Shown here piece after piece: positions 1-8,780 of a stretch of 53,287 nt of DNA. Position numbers and translations under genes: made by a program. Source of the stretch: a virus (taxonomy: Duplodnaviria; Caudoviricetes); the IMG/VR virus record IMGVR_UViG_3300028293_000002, positions 1 through 53,287 of that record. One strand, given 5' to 3'. Positions within the stretch are counted from its first letter, which is position 1. Every line of letters begins with the position of its first letter. The notes under the pieces were generated by a model. It made no database searches. It worked only from the letters and a program-made list of their open reading frames with translations, and was not told the origin of the DNA.

Positions 1-127
1 GCTCCGCTTGTTCAAGTAGGCGAGACTCCCTCCGGCCGTCACGTCACCGAGGCCATACGCGGCCCGGTATTCTTCCTTCGCCGCTTCGATCTTGCCTTCC
101 AGTTGGAACATCTGTCCGCGGAGAGCG
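1..127. repeat. 127-bp terminal duplication (copy 1); circular contig overlap
   Basis: 1..127 is identical to 53161..53287, and an ORF continues in frame across the junction. Confidence 0.97.
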
Positions 128-360
128 TGAGCGTGAACTGGTCCGCCCTTTTTTTTCTGCAACGCAGCGCAGGCCACGTCGACTGCCGGCCAGTCCTTCG
201 CCGCGATGGCAAGTTCCGCCTCCGCCCGCAGACCTTTGATAGAACGTGCCATCGCCTCATCCCTTCCCTGTTGAATCGTCACCACCGACCAGCCGACCAG
301 ATACACCGTCGCCACCACAATGACCGACCAGCAAATCCGGCGATGGGTGCGGAGCGTCAC
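1..360 (-). CDS. Origin-spanning 121-aa membrane-anchored protein with a TPR-like helix pair (continues 53160..53155)
   Basis: GTG at 360 overlaps the upstream TGA. Translates MTLRTHRRICWSVIVVATVYLVGWSVVTIQQ...AHALRGQMFQLEGKIEAAKEEYRAAY...LNKRSK*. Missing from the ORF track because it wraps. Confidence 0.75.
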   Translation of the reverse strand, partial: MTLRTHRRICWSVIVVATVYLVGWSVVTIQQGRDEAMARSIKGLRAEAELAIAAKDWPAVDVACAALQKKKGGPVHAHALRGQMFQLEGKIEAAKEEYRAAYGLGDVTAGGSLAYLNKRS

Positions 361-587
361 TTCTTCGCCTCCCACGAGCCCGGCACGACGCGGCGCCGTC
401 GGTATGGCCCGCCCGGCTTCTCGTCGTGCGCTCCCCTGTCTCGTCTCTCCCGCGCTCGCCCGTTCAAGTTCGGCGGCGGATCGGGCTTCGGCTTATCGTC
501 GCCCTTGCGATGCGTGTACAGGAACACGATTGCCGTGATGAGTGCAACAATTGCAACAACCGCAAAGACCAACCCGAGCCAATTCAT
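357..587 (-). CDS. Small single-TM membrane protein (76 aa)
   Basis: N-terminal hydrophobic helix, basic tail, ATGA-coupled to the upstream gene. Confidence 0.7.
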   Translation of the reverse strand: MNWLGLVFAVVAIVALITAIVFLYTHRKGDDKPKPDPPPNLNGRARERRDRGAHDEKPGGPYRRRRVVPGSWEAKK

Positions 588-841
588 GCCTTAACCTTGT
601 CCGCTAGACTTTGGACCGACGCCGCTTGTTTCTCACCAGAACGAGAAAACGCTATCGCAAGATCGAAAATCTGTTGCCGCAACGCCGCCTCGCGGGCGTC
701 CCGGTCGCGCAGGTAATTCACCGTCTTGTTCCATATCGCCGTGATCGCTGCTCCGATGGTGGTCCCTATGGCGGTGAGCTGGCCTATCGTGATGTTGAGC
801 TCCCCGACATTCACGCTAATCAGAGCATCGGCCGCGAACAT
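584..841 (-). CDS. Small membrane/coiled-coil protein, holin-like (85 aa)
   Basis: AGGAG RBS; TM segment followed by a coiled coil; similar layout to 52282..52650. Confidence 0.6.
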   Translation of the reverse strand: MFAADALISVNVGELNITIGQLTAIGTTIGAAITAIWNKTVNYLRDRDAREAALRQQIFDLAIAFSRSGEKQAASVQSLADKVKA

Positions 842-854
842 TCACGAACTCCTT

Positions 855-1070
855 TTATGTCCGTGGGTCGCAGCGTTCCGCCACGCGCGCCGTCCGGGCA
901 CTGCGGGCAAGCGCGGTCTCGACTGCCATCGTCACATCTCGCGGGCTGGGGGCTGTGACCGTTGGTCTCTTGCCGTGCGCCCAATCGTGCCAGCACTGCA
1001 TCAGGTGCCACGTCACGAACGGCGTGCAGAAAACGACCGCGACACACGCGATGATTTCGAGGGTCAGCAT
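855..1070 (-). CDS. Small single-TM protein (71 aa)
   Basis: MLTLEIIACVAVVFCTPFVTWHL hydrophobic N-terminus. Confidence 0.55.
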   Translation of the reverse strand: MLTLEIIACVAVVFCTPFVTWHLMQCWHDWAHGKRPTVTAPSPRDVTMAVETALARSARTARVAERCDPRT

Positions 1071-1131
1071 GGGGTTTCCCCTGTTCGGTCCATTTGGTTC
1101 TCCCAGGAGAAATGCAGCAAACCGCAAGCCA

Positions 1132-1314
1132 TCACTTGCCCGCCCGCTTGAGCATCACCCGCGCCGCCCGCACCGCTTCCTTGCTGTCCTCCGCGAACCG
1201 CGGGTCGCTGTCGTCGTTCACGTCGTCGCCGGTAATGCCCTCGTCGTCAAAGGCCGCGACCAGGGCGGCGATGCAGGTGAGCAGTTCGTCGGTGGTCGGT
1301 TCCATGCGCTTCAC
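1132..1314 (-). CDS. Small acidic hypothetical protein
   Basis: ORF in operon orientation with AGGAG upstream. Confidence 0.55.
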   Translation of the reverse strand: MKRMEPTTDELLTCIAALVAAFDDEGITGDDVNDDSDPRFAEDSKEAVRAARVMLKRAGK

Positions 1315-1318
1315 ACTC

Positions 1319-3733
1319 CTACGGTGCCAGTATGGACACGTCGTCTACCGCCAGTTCGCCCAAATTCGTGTTCGTCCCGATGAACCCGACGATCGTGGCC
1401 GTGTTGTTGGTCACGTCGGTCACAGTCGACGCCGAGAGCACGCCGTTAATGTGGACGGTGAAATTACTGCTCGAATCGACGGACACTTTGACGACATCGT
1501 TTGTCGCCGGCACTTCGGCCAGCGTGGCGAGCACCGATGGGGCGCCAAACGCAACGACCTTCACGAGCTTGTAGGTGTTCGCCGTGACTTGCAGACCGAT
1601 ATAGTTGCCGAAGTTCGTGGCCCGTAATGCCGCCTTCAGCGTGCGGAACTGGATGCCGTTCGATGTTGACTTGTTCGTGAACTGCAACGACACGTTTGCG
1701 TTGGCGTAGTCGATCAGGGCGGCGCTGGGCGTCCCACCCGCGACAAACTCCATCTTGTTCGACTGGACCGTGACCGTGCCCGTTGGCACGCTCCAGGCGG
1801 TTGCCCCGGTCGTGTCAGGCAAACGGGTATCGAAGCTGGTGCCGTCGGTCCCCGAGCAGCCGTCCGCCATCAGCGTGAGCGACGGGTAGGTCACGCTGAC
1901 CTCGCCGCTGTAGCTGCCGGCGCCGGCCGCGTTCGTCGCCTTGATCCGGTAGTACCGGGTGACGCCGTGGAGCGCTGAAATATCACGTTGGTAGCTCACG
2001 CCCTCGCCGCTGAAGACGCTGGCGAAGCCGCTCCCGCTGCCCGTGGACGATTCCTCAAGGGTGTACGATGTGGCGCCCGTCGCGACGTGCCACGTTGCGA
2101 GGCCCGCGGTCGTGACACCCAAGCTCGCCGGCGCCGCGGGGACGCCAACGAGCGGTACGTCGAAGTTATCGAGCGGGCACAAGAGCGCAGCCGGTCCAGA
2201 ATCGAAGTGCGACCACACCCCGAACCGCGTGCCGGCCGGCGTGAGGGTATAGGTGAACTGGCTGGCGCCGTCGAGATGCGCAGTAAGCGTCCCAGCAACG
2301 ACGCAATCGGCCTCGATGGTATGCGCCCCAGCCGCAAGGGTCACGGCTTTGCGGGCCAGGATGTCGATCCGTTGCCGACTCGTGTTCGAGAACGTGATGC
2401 CGGTGTTGTTGCCGCTGTTGGTCGAGTGGCTGGCTTGCATTGCCGCGCCGGTCACGGTCACATGGTCGATCGTGCAAGTGTCGGCGTTGAACGTGTAGAG
2501 CGGATCGAGGATGCCCGCGATCGTCCAGGCACTTGCCGCGGTCGCTGTGATACCCGACCAATAGAGCGAGCCATTGACCGTCCACGTCTTGCTCGCAACG
2601 CCCGTTCGGCTTCCGCCCGTCCATGTATCTTGATCGCGCAGCGTTACGGTTTTGCTGTTACCCGCCAGCGTGCCCCCGGTCTGGACAATACCCAGCGCCG
2701 AAAGGTTAGCCCCAAGCGTCACCGTGCCCGTGCTGACGCCGATCGTGTCAAGCTGCTGGCCGTTGCTATTGATCGTGCAGGAGCCGGCAACATTGATCCG
2801 GCCCTTGCCGTTGCCGTCGACCCACAAGAGCCCGCCGAGGGCTGTATTCAGATCGAACCCGTCAACGGTCAGCGTGGCCCCGGCCGCGTTGTTGTAGGTG
2901 ATGTCGGTGCCGCTGAACCCGTCGTCAACTGCTGTCAGACTGCCGAGACGATAGGTGCCGCTCGTCCAGTAGAAAATCTGGTGAGCCTCGGCGCCTTGAC
3001 GGTACAAGTTGACCACCGCGCCAACGCTGTAGGTGCCAGGAACAAGGTACGTCGTGCTAGTGGGCTTGATGATCCCAAATGCGATGCTCACCAACCCGTC
3101 TTGCTGAAGAAAGCGTGTGGCGCCGGTCAGAATGACGGTGCCCGCCCCGCTCCAGGTGCCCGTGTTGTACACGTCCGTTCGCTTGACGCTGTTGCGCGTC
3201 AGGTTGAGTTCCGAAGCGCTCGACAGCGTACCGGACGTGTGTAGGTCGACGCCGCCTATCTCCCCGTTCTCCTGCGCGTAACTGCCGGTGATGTTCACCG
3301 TGCCGCGACTCGCCCCGCCGCAACTGAGCTTCCCGAGCGATTTTGAAGTACCCGTCAGGTTGACCGTTGCCCCGCCGAAATCGTCCCGGTTCACCGGGCC
3401 CGTGATTGCTGAGTCGTAATTACCAGCGATGTTCCATGTCGAGGCGCCGAAGGCAATCTTGCCATCGGCCGAGCGGTTCAGGTTGCCCGTGATCGCGTGT
3501 GTCAGTGCGCCGTTGCTCGTGATCGTGCCGCTGACGCCAGCCGAGTAGGTATAGCCGGCGTTGACGCTAAAGTCGGCGACATTGATCGCCTCGTCAATCG
3601 TGCAGTTGGCGGTACTGGTGCCGTCGAAGATGACGCTATCGCCCGCCACGGGCTTCGTATTGCTGCTCCAGTTCGCGGCCGTCGACCAGAGCCCATCGCC
3701 GCCGCCGTTGTCCCAAGTGCGTGTCGCGGGCAT
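1319..3733 (-). CDS. Tail fibre/adhesin (804 aa): beta-helix-like N-terminal part, half beta-sandwich, FN3 domain, C-terminal ConA-like beta-sandwich
   Basis: WDNGGGDGLWSTAANWS start typical of beta-helix adhesins; G/T/S/N-rich; FN3 signature (PAAP...W...ATSY...YYRIKATNAAGAGSYS); position at the end of the tail module. Confidence 0.75.
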   Translation of the reverse strand: MPATRTWDNGGGDGLWSTAANWSSNTKPVAGDSVIFDGTSTANCTIDEAINVADFSVNAGYTYSAGVSGTITSNGALTHAITGNLNRSADGKIAFGASTWNIAGNYDSAITGPVNRDDFGGATVNLTGTSKSLGKLSCGGASRGTVNITGSYAQENGEIGGVDLHTSGTLSSASELNLTRNSVKRTDVYNTGTWSGAGTVILTGATRFLQQDGLVSIAFGIIKPTSTTYLVPGTYSVGAVVNLYRQGAEAHQIFYWTSGTYRLGSLTAVDDGFSGTDITYNNAAGATLTVDGFDLNTALGGLLWVDGNGKGRINVAGSCTINSNGQQLDTIGVSTGTVTLGANLSALGIVQTGGTLAGNSKTVTLRDQDTWTGGSRTGVASKTWTVNGSLYWSGITATAASAWTIAGILDPLYTFNADTCTIDHVTVTGAAMQASHSTNSGNNTGITFSNTSRQRIDILARKAVTLAAGAHTIEADCVVAGTLTAHLDGASQFTYTLTPAGTRFGVWSHFDSGPAALLCPLDNFDVPLVGVPAAPASLGVTTAGLATWHVATGATSYTLEESSTGSGSGFASVFSGEGVSYQRDISALHGVTRYYRIKATNAAGAGSYSGEVSVTYPSLTLMADGCSGTDGTSFDTRLPDTTGATAWSVPTGTVTVQSNKMEFVAGGTPSAALIDYANANVSLQFTNKSTSNGIQFRTLKAALRATNFGNYIGLQVTANTYKLVKVVAFGAPSVLATLAEVPATNDVVKVSVDSSSNFTVHINGVLSASTVTDVTNNTATIVGFIGTNTNLGELAVDDVSILAP

Positions 3734-3734
3734 G

Positions 3735-4121
3735 TTACATTACCCCCGCATACTGCGCAAGGGTGAGGAACGCATTGCTCCCGTCGTCATTCGTCGGCAG
3801 CAGCAGATAACCATTGTTTGCGTCGACCACGCCGAAGGACAGGCCCGAACCAAAGTAGATGCCAGATGCCGGTATCGTCACGTCGACCGCGGCGCACCGG
3901 GCGGTTTGCCCTGCATTAGCGGCGGCGAATAGCGGCGTGCCGTCGGTGGCACTTTCCAGCTTGTTCGAGTTGATGACGCCGGCGCCGCCGTAGATCATGA
4001 ACAGCGGGCCGGAGTCGGGAACATAGACGGCGAGGCTGGTGCCGTCCGCCGCGGTGAAGCGCGAAAGTAATGCTGGCAGCGCGTGCCGCGAGATGATCGG
4101 GATCAGCCGGCTTCTCAGCAT
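3735..4121 (-). CDS. 128-aa N-terminal half of a ConA-like beta-sandwich, paralogous to the C-terminal domain of the 804-aa adhesin
   Basis: DGTS..PD.G..SNK.E..GTP pattern shared with residues ~625-670 of the 804-aa protein; start moved to ATG 4121. Confidence 0.65.
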   Translation of the reverse strand: MLRSRLIPIISRHALPALLSRFTAADGTSLAVYVPDSGPLFMIYGGAGVINSNKLESATDGTPLFAAANAGQTARCAAVDVTIPASGIYFGSGLSFGVVDANNGYLLLPTNDDGSNAFLTLAQYAGVM

Positions 4122-4126
4122 GCCGC

Positions 4127-5194
4127 CTATACCCCCAGGCCCACGATGCGGGGCCGGTAGACTTCGCTGTTCCCTGCTGGAGTGAAACCGCCAGCAGTCG
4201 TGAGATACGCAAAGAGACTCGTGCTGCCGTTCAGCTTTAGCTTGCGGTTGATGTTGTCCGTCTGGACATAGAGTGTCGAGCCAAGGTCGACCGGGGTGCC
4301 GAGGTCGATGTAGCCGAGGAAGGCGCTGCGGTCGCCGCTGGGCAAGTCCCAAGGGTCGTTATCGGAAAGGGCGCTCGGCGGCGTTACGTCGTAGAGGTAT
4401 AAGCGGAACGTCGTCATGCCGGATGGGATGGCGGACACGTCGATTTCGAGGTCAGCGCTCGTGATCAAGACATGGCCATCTGAAGGCCCGGCGGTGGTGA
4501 ACGTGATGGCGCCGCCTACCACGTCGCCGGCCGTGTAGGGCGTCGTGTTCGCGGGCCGCGTCACGGTGGGGCGAGAGGTGTAGGCGTTGCCGAGCACAGG
4601 CACGCTGCCTATCCGTTCCGCTCGCGCCGTCGTCGGGGTGATCACGCATAGCGCCGAGGTCAGCGAACCCAGCGAGGTCACGATGAAGTAGTACCAGACC
4701 CCCTCTTCCATCGTCAGCAGAAGCTGGGAAGGCAGGTTATTCTCTGACCCGCCAACATTCACTGACACCTGATTGAAGTCACCGTAGTTGGTCAGCGTGG
4801 CGAGGTCGAAGAAGCGATAGGTGGTGCCCGTCGCTGCAGCAGCGGTGAACGGGTTCACGTCAGCAAGCGTCCCCGAGGTCGTGATCGACTTGAGCGACAC
4901 GCTGGCGATGGGGATGCCGATTGCCCCGTCCACGTTGAGCTTGCCGATTTCCACGACCAGCGTCAGATCCGCGCTCCCGACTCCGGCAAAGTCCAGCATC
5001 AGGGCATTCACGCCTGGCTGGGCCGCGAGGACGCCGCCGATCACGGCTGAGCTGCTGACGATGTTTGCCATCGCCCCGCTGAGCCTGTTCGGCAGCGTGA
5101 CGGTGTATGTGCTGGGCCAGAGCGTCTTGGCCAGCGTGGCGCCGGCCGCAGTGGCGGTGAAGAATGTTACCGGGGTTCCGAGAGTGAGCGACAT
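4127..5194 (-). CDS. Putative virion structural protein (355 aa, beta-rich)
   Basis: T/G/A-rich; TRPANTTPYTAGDVVG motif; tail-module position. Confidence 0.6.
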   Translation of the reverse strand: MSLTLGTPVTFFTATAAGATLAKTLWPSTYTVTLPNRLSGAMANIVSSSAVIGGVLAAQPGVNALMLDFAGVGSADLTLVVEIGKLNVDGAIGIPIASVSLKSITTSGTLADVNPFTAAAATGTTYRFFDLATLTNYGDFNQVSVNVGGSENNLPSQLLLTMEEGVWYYFIVTSLGSLTSALCVITPTTARAERIGSVPVLGNAYTSRPTVTRPANTTPYTAGDVVGGAITFTTAGPSDGHVLITSADLEIDVSAIPSGMTTFRLYLYDVTPPSALSDNDPWDLPSGDRSAFLGYIDLGTPVDLGSTLYVQTDNINRKLKLNGSTSLFAYLTTAGGFTPAGNSEVYRPRIVGLGV

Positions 5195-5227
5195 CGTGCC
5201 CGTCCTATCTCATGCGATCAGTTGTTG

Positions 5228-5256
5228 AGGATACTCGTTAATGTCGGACTGAGCAA
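5228..5256 (-). promoter_or_regulatory. Putative sigma70 promoter TTGCTC-17-TATCCT for the adhesin genes
   Basis: Hexamers and 17-bp spacer in the 5195..5262 intergenic gap. Confidence 0.5.
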
Positions 5257-5262
5257 ACGAAA

Positions 5263-5571
5263 TCACGTCGATCGTCGGTACGCCGCGCTCACCGCGAGTT
5301 GTCGCTTGTCGTCGTAGTTCCCTTGCACGAATGTCACAGTCAGCGTGTAAATCGCCCCGTCCTCCAGCAGCGCCGCCACGACCGCATCAACGATGGCTTC
5401 GTAGTTCCCGTTCGAGGCCGCGACGTAGCTGAGCGTTCCGCTGCCGATGGTCGCTCCCGCCGAATCGGTCAGCGTGTAGCTGCACGTTCCGGTATTGAGG
5501 TACGTCCCGCTGTCGGAGTCCTTCGCCCCGGTGTACTTGATCAGGTTGTCGCACCCGATGTAAATGTTCAC
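5263..5571 (-). CDS. Small Ig-like virion protein (102 aa)
   Basis: Beta-strand pattern; coupled to the LamG-like gene. Confidence 0.55.
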   Translation of the reverse strand: MNIYIGCDNLIKYTGAKDSDSGTYLNTGTCSYTLTDSAGATIGSGTLSYVAASNGNYEAIVDAVVAALLEDGAIYTLTVTFVQGNYDDKRQLAVSAAYRRST

Positions 5572-6350
5572 GCATCGTTCTCGATGGAAAGCGTTGCCGT
5601 GACTCGTGGAGCCACGCTCAGCGTTGCCGTCACGCGAGCGGATACCGACAGTGAGGCGATTACGATGTCGCCCTCGCGGTCTGCCTCGATGTCGAACGGA
5701 TAATCCAACCCGCCGCCGCGGTTGTAGAGCAGGGCCACGTCGGAACCAGCCGCCGCCGCTTGCCCGACACTAGCCCCGCCGTCGGTCAGCACGCCCGCGA
5801 AGATGCCAGCCAGTTGCACCCATTTCTCATCGAGTTGCCCTTGCTGACGACGCCGACCGATAACCATTGTCGGGCTCGTCCCCGCGAACAGCATCACTTC
5901 TGCGGCCGAGGCAACCAGTACGCTGTTCACGTACAGTTTCGATGTCGCCCCGTCGTTTGTGCCGACCAAATGAATGGGGACGCCCGCAGCATATGTCCCG
6001 CCGGTCGCGGCGCCAAAGCCAAGCGTGCCGTCATCGGCCGCGAACAGCAGTTGTCGCTCAAGCTCAGTAGTGCCAAGCGTGGCAAACTGACCTAGCAGAC
6101 CGTGATCGGCTATCGCACTCAACATCGCCCAGCAGCAGAAGCTCAGCGGGGCGGCGCTGACAACCAGGTCGCTCCGGCTCAAGGAACCGAGGCCGTTGGG
6201 AGCGAAGTAAGCGGCCTGCCCGATGACGCCAGCCGTGCTATCGACTCGCGTATTCGTGAGCGTGGCGGCGCCCACGTCATCGGAGGCATTACCGCCGCTT
6301 CCGGTGTCGTGGCATCCCCACCAGGATGTTGCATTGATCGACAGCGCCAA
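5568..6350 (-). CDS. LamG/ConA-like minor tail protein (260 aa)
   Basis: SFCCW, HLVGTNDGATSKLYVNSVL, VIGR and LYN.G.G motifs typical of LamG_3. Confidence 0.75.
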   Translation of the reverse strand: MALSINATSWWGCHDTGSGGNASDDVGAATLTNTRVDSTAGVIGQAAYFAPNGLGSLSRSDLVVSAAPLSFCCWAMLSAIADHGLLGQFATLGTTELERQLLFAADDGTLGFGAATGGTYAAGVPIHLVGTNDGATSKLYVNSVLVASAAEVMLFAGTSPTMVIGRRRQQGQLDEKWVQLAGIFAGVLTDGGASVGQAAAAGSDVALLYNRGGGLDYPFDIEADREGDIVIASLSVSARVTATLSVAPRVTATLSIENDA

Positions 6351-6353
6351 GAC

Positions 6354-6665
6354 TTACTCCCGCTCCAGAATCGCCTTCGTCTCCGATGACGCCAGCACCG
6401 CCGCGATCATCGGCGCCAACATGAACGCGGACACCACAGGATGATTCGTCACCACTGCCGGGTCCGCATGCTGCTGTTCCAGCATGTACGGGAAGCGTGC
6501 CGGGCAGGGAACGATCAGCTTGAATAGTTGATCCTTGCCCTTGCTGGCGATGAAGTGCGTGGCCAGTCTCCGCTCATTCGGCTTGCCCTCGTTCTCGACG
6601 TGCGGCGTTTCTGTCAGCGTCACGCCTTCGGGCAGAATGGCCTTGATGTCGTCGGCGATGCTCAT
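6354..6665 (-). CDS. Hypothetical protein (103 aa)
   Basis: AGGAG RBS; in operon. Confidence 0.65.
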   Translation of the reverse strand: MSIADDIKAILPEGVTLTETPHVENEGKPNERRLATHFIASKGKDQLFKLIVPCPARFPYMLEQQHADPAVVTNHPVVSAFMLAPMIAAVLASSETKAILERE

Positions 6666-6672
6666 GGTTCTC

Positions 6673-6804
6673 CTATTTGAAATCGGACTTGAAGGTCCAC
6701 AGCATGCGAATCAGAACCGCAGCCATCGCAACGACGCATAAGGCACTGAACAATTTAACGCCCCACGGGACCGACTCAAGGGCTTCTTTGGTTACGATGA
6801 TCAT
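6673..6804 (-). CDS. 43-aa single-TM peptide (not in ORF track)
   Basis: MIIVTKEALESVPWGVKLFSALCVVAMAAVLIRMLWTFKSDFK*; ATGA overlap; fills the gap exactly. Confidence 0.6.
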   Translation of the reverse strand: MIIVTKEALESVPWGVKLFSALCVVAMAAVLIRMLWTFKSDFK

Positions 6805-7190
6805 GCGAAGTCCGCTCCGGTCACGGCCACGTCAAACGATTCTGAATTGTACGGGCATGCCTTGAGTATATGGCTACTCGATGGCAGCACGACATCGAAC
6901 GGCAACGGGAATTGCCGCGCCGTGGGCGGCTTGATCGGTGCCGTCACCGTGAACGCATTGACCGGCAGCACGCCGATGAAGCGGTTGTTGCTCCCGTCGT
7001 AGATGAAGAATGCGATCCAGCCGTCCGTGATCGTCGCAATGGGCGTGACCGTGACGCTCTTGATCCGCGTGCCCGCCGCGACCGCCGTGAGCAGACTCGT
7101 CAGGCTCCCCGTCCCGTCGATTGCCGTGTTGCCAGTGGCGATCCGGGTAGTGGTGAGCCGCGCGGTGCGTTCGTAGAGTGCTCCGGCCAT
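6801..7190 (-). CDS. Small jelly-roll-like virion protein (129 aa)
   Basis: Beta-rich sequence; tail module. Confidence 0.6.
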   Translation of the reverse strand: MAGALYERTARLTTTRIATGNTAIDGTGSLTSLLTAVAAGTRIKSVTVTPIATITDGWIAFFIYDGSNNRFIGVLPVNAFTVTAPIKPPTARQFPLPFDVVLPSSSHILKACPYNSESFDVAVTGADFA

Positions 7191-7202
7191 TCGATGCCCT
7201 TT

Positions 7203-8780
7203 CTAGCCGATCTTTGTCCAGAAGTTCGTGGCGCTCGTGTACACATAGCGGACGACGCCACCCGGCGCGATCACGTCGTCGCCGGCCGAGGGGGCATTAG
7301 AAAACTGGTTGGCCGCTGAACTTGACCCGTTCTCCATCTTCAGCTTCACGTTCTGCGTCGCGCCGACGTTCTTGATGATCACTTCCTGCCCGTCGACTTG
7401 TGACATCGACAAGCCGGTAATGTTCTGGTCGCTACCAAGTGTTGCCGAGACACGCAGGAATTTGGCATTGCCGGGGGCGTAGTTGTCGGCCTGGGCGCTC
7501 AAGGCAGTCGGTGTCACCGTGCCGTAGGTAAGCCATGACGGGAACGAGCCAGCGGAAGTCGTTACCCCGCCAGAACCGTCGAGAACTAGCACGGCGCCGG
7601 TCGTGCCAGTCGCCGTGATGTTCTCGATGTCGATCGACACTGGCCGCGTGCCGTCCAGCCCGCCACCGAGGGCCATCCCGAAGCGCGATGTCGCCAGCGC
7701 GGTAGGAAGGGCGTTCGCTACCGGGTTGCCACCACAGGAACCGCCACAGTCGCATGACCCGCCGCACCCGCAATCGCCGGCCATTCCCGTACTGGACTGG
7801 CCTAGCGTTCCGCCCAGCGGACCGCCAAGGATGCCGGCAGACATCGAAGAAGAGGGCATTCCGCCGGCGGAGCGCTGCTGCAACCCTCCACCCCCACCAA
7901 AACAGGCTTCCCAGTTGGAACAGAACTGGCCGCTCAGGCACTTATAGCAGGGGAAATCGGTTACGGGGTTGCAGGGCTGACACGGCACCGGGCCACCACC
8001 GCCGCCCGTCCCGCCGCCCGTCCCGCCGCTCCCAGGGGTGCAACAATTGGCATACGGCGAGAACGGAGCACCAGCGTCGCAGCCGCAGTTGGGAGGTGCC
8101 GGCGGCGCCGGCAGGGGGTTTGTGGTGGGAAAGATCCGCCCGCCGCCGAGCTGGTAGTTCAGACTGCCCGGTATCGTATGGCCAAGCGTCGCTTCAATCC
8201 AACCGTGGCAATCGCCGGCATCCATCCACATCCAGCAGCAGTTTCCGCAGCAGTTGGTCGCCGTGCCGGGAATGACGTAATAATCCCACTGATTATTTGA
8301 GAGGTGTGTCGGATTGCCCCAATACCAGAACGCGTAGGACGGGCAACTGCCGCCGCCGCCGCTGCCGACACAGCAATCGGACTGGTCGTAGACGAATTCG
8401 AGGGCGGGTCGTCCTGATGATGTTCCATACCACGCCCGCACCACCGATCCCGAGGGGACGTTGCTGAAGTTGTTCATCTCGAACGCCGGCAATCGCGAGA
8501 TGCTGCCGACCTTTTCAGCAGAAATGCTCAGCGCTAATTCAGTACGATTGACGAACTGCCACGCATAAGCCGCAGCCCCCACGTCGCCGCCGAGGTTGGC
8601 TGGATTGACCGCGCCAACTCGAATCCAGATGTTGTCGGTTGGTGCTGGCGTCGGCAGTTCACCGGCCCCAACGTCTAAACTCCCCAGCCCGCCGCCCAGC
8701 CCGCCGCGCGATCGCGCTGACTCTTCAGCGATGTCGCCGAGAATGCCGTGCCGGGAAAAGTTTAGAAGCGTCGACATCAC
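7203..8780 (-). CDS. Cys/Gly-rich tail tip or baseplate protein (525 aa)
   Basis: Second gene after the tape measure; central Cys-rich region with Gly linkers; C-terminal fibre-like domain. Confidence 0.6.
   Translation of the reverse strand: MMSTLLNFSRHGILGDIAEESARSRGGLGGGLGSLDVGAGELPTPAPTDNIWIRVGAVNPANLGGDVGAAAYAWQFVNRTELALSISAEKVGSISRLPAFEMNNFSNVPSGSVVRAWYGTSSGRPALEFVYDQSDCCVGSGGGGSCPSYAFWYWGNPTHLSNNQWDYYVIPGTATNCCGNCCWMWMDAGDCHGWIEATLGHTIPGSLNYQLGGGRIFPTTNPLPAPPAPPNCGCDAGAPFSPYANCCTPGSGGTGGGTGGGGGPVPCQPCNPVTDFPCYKCLSGQFCSNWEACFGGGGGLQQRSAGGMPSSSMSAGILGGPLGGTLGQSSTGMAGDCGCGGSCDCGGSCGGNPVANALPTALATSRFGMALGGGLDGTRPVSIDIENITATGTTGAVLVLDGSGGVTTSAGSFPSWLTYGTVTPTALSAQADNYAPGNAKFLRVSATLGSDQNITGLSMSQVDGQEVIIKNVGATQNVKLKMENGSSSAANQFSNAPSAGDDVIAPGGVVRYVYTSATNFWTKIG

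Noticed and set aside
149-156. A AAA AAG slippery sequence in the origin-spanning gene
   Set aside because: The zero frame gives a coherent TPR-like product; shifted frames give short, uninformative peptides
39-260. 73-aa ORF in the track
   Set aside because: Alternative frame of the better 121-aa origin-spanning gene
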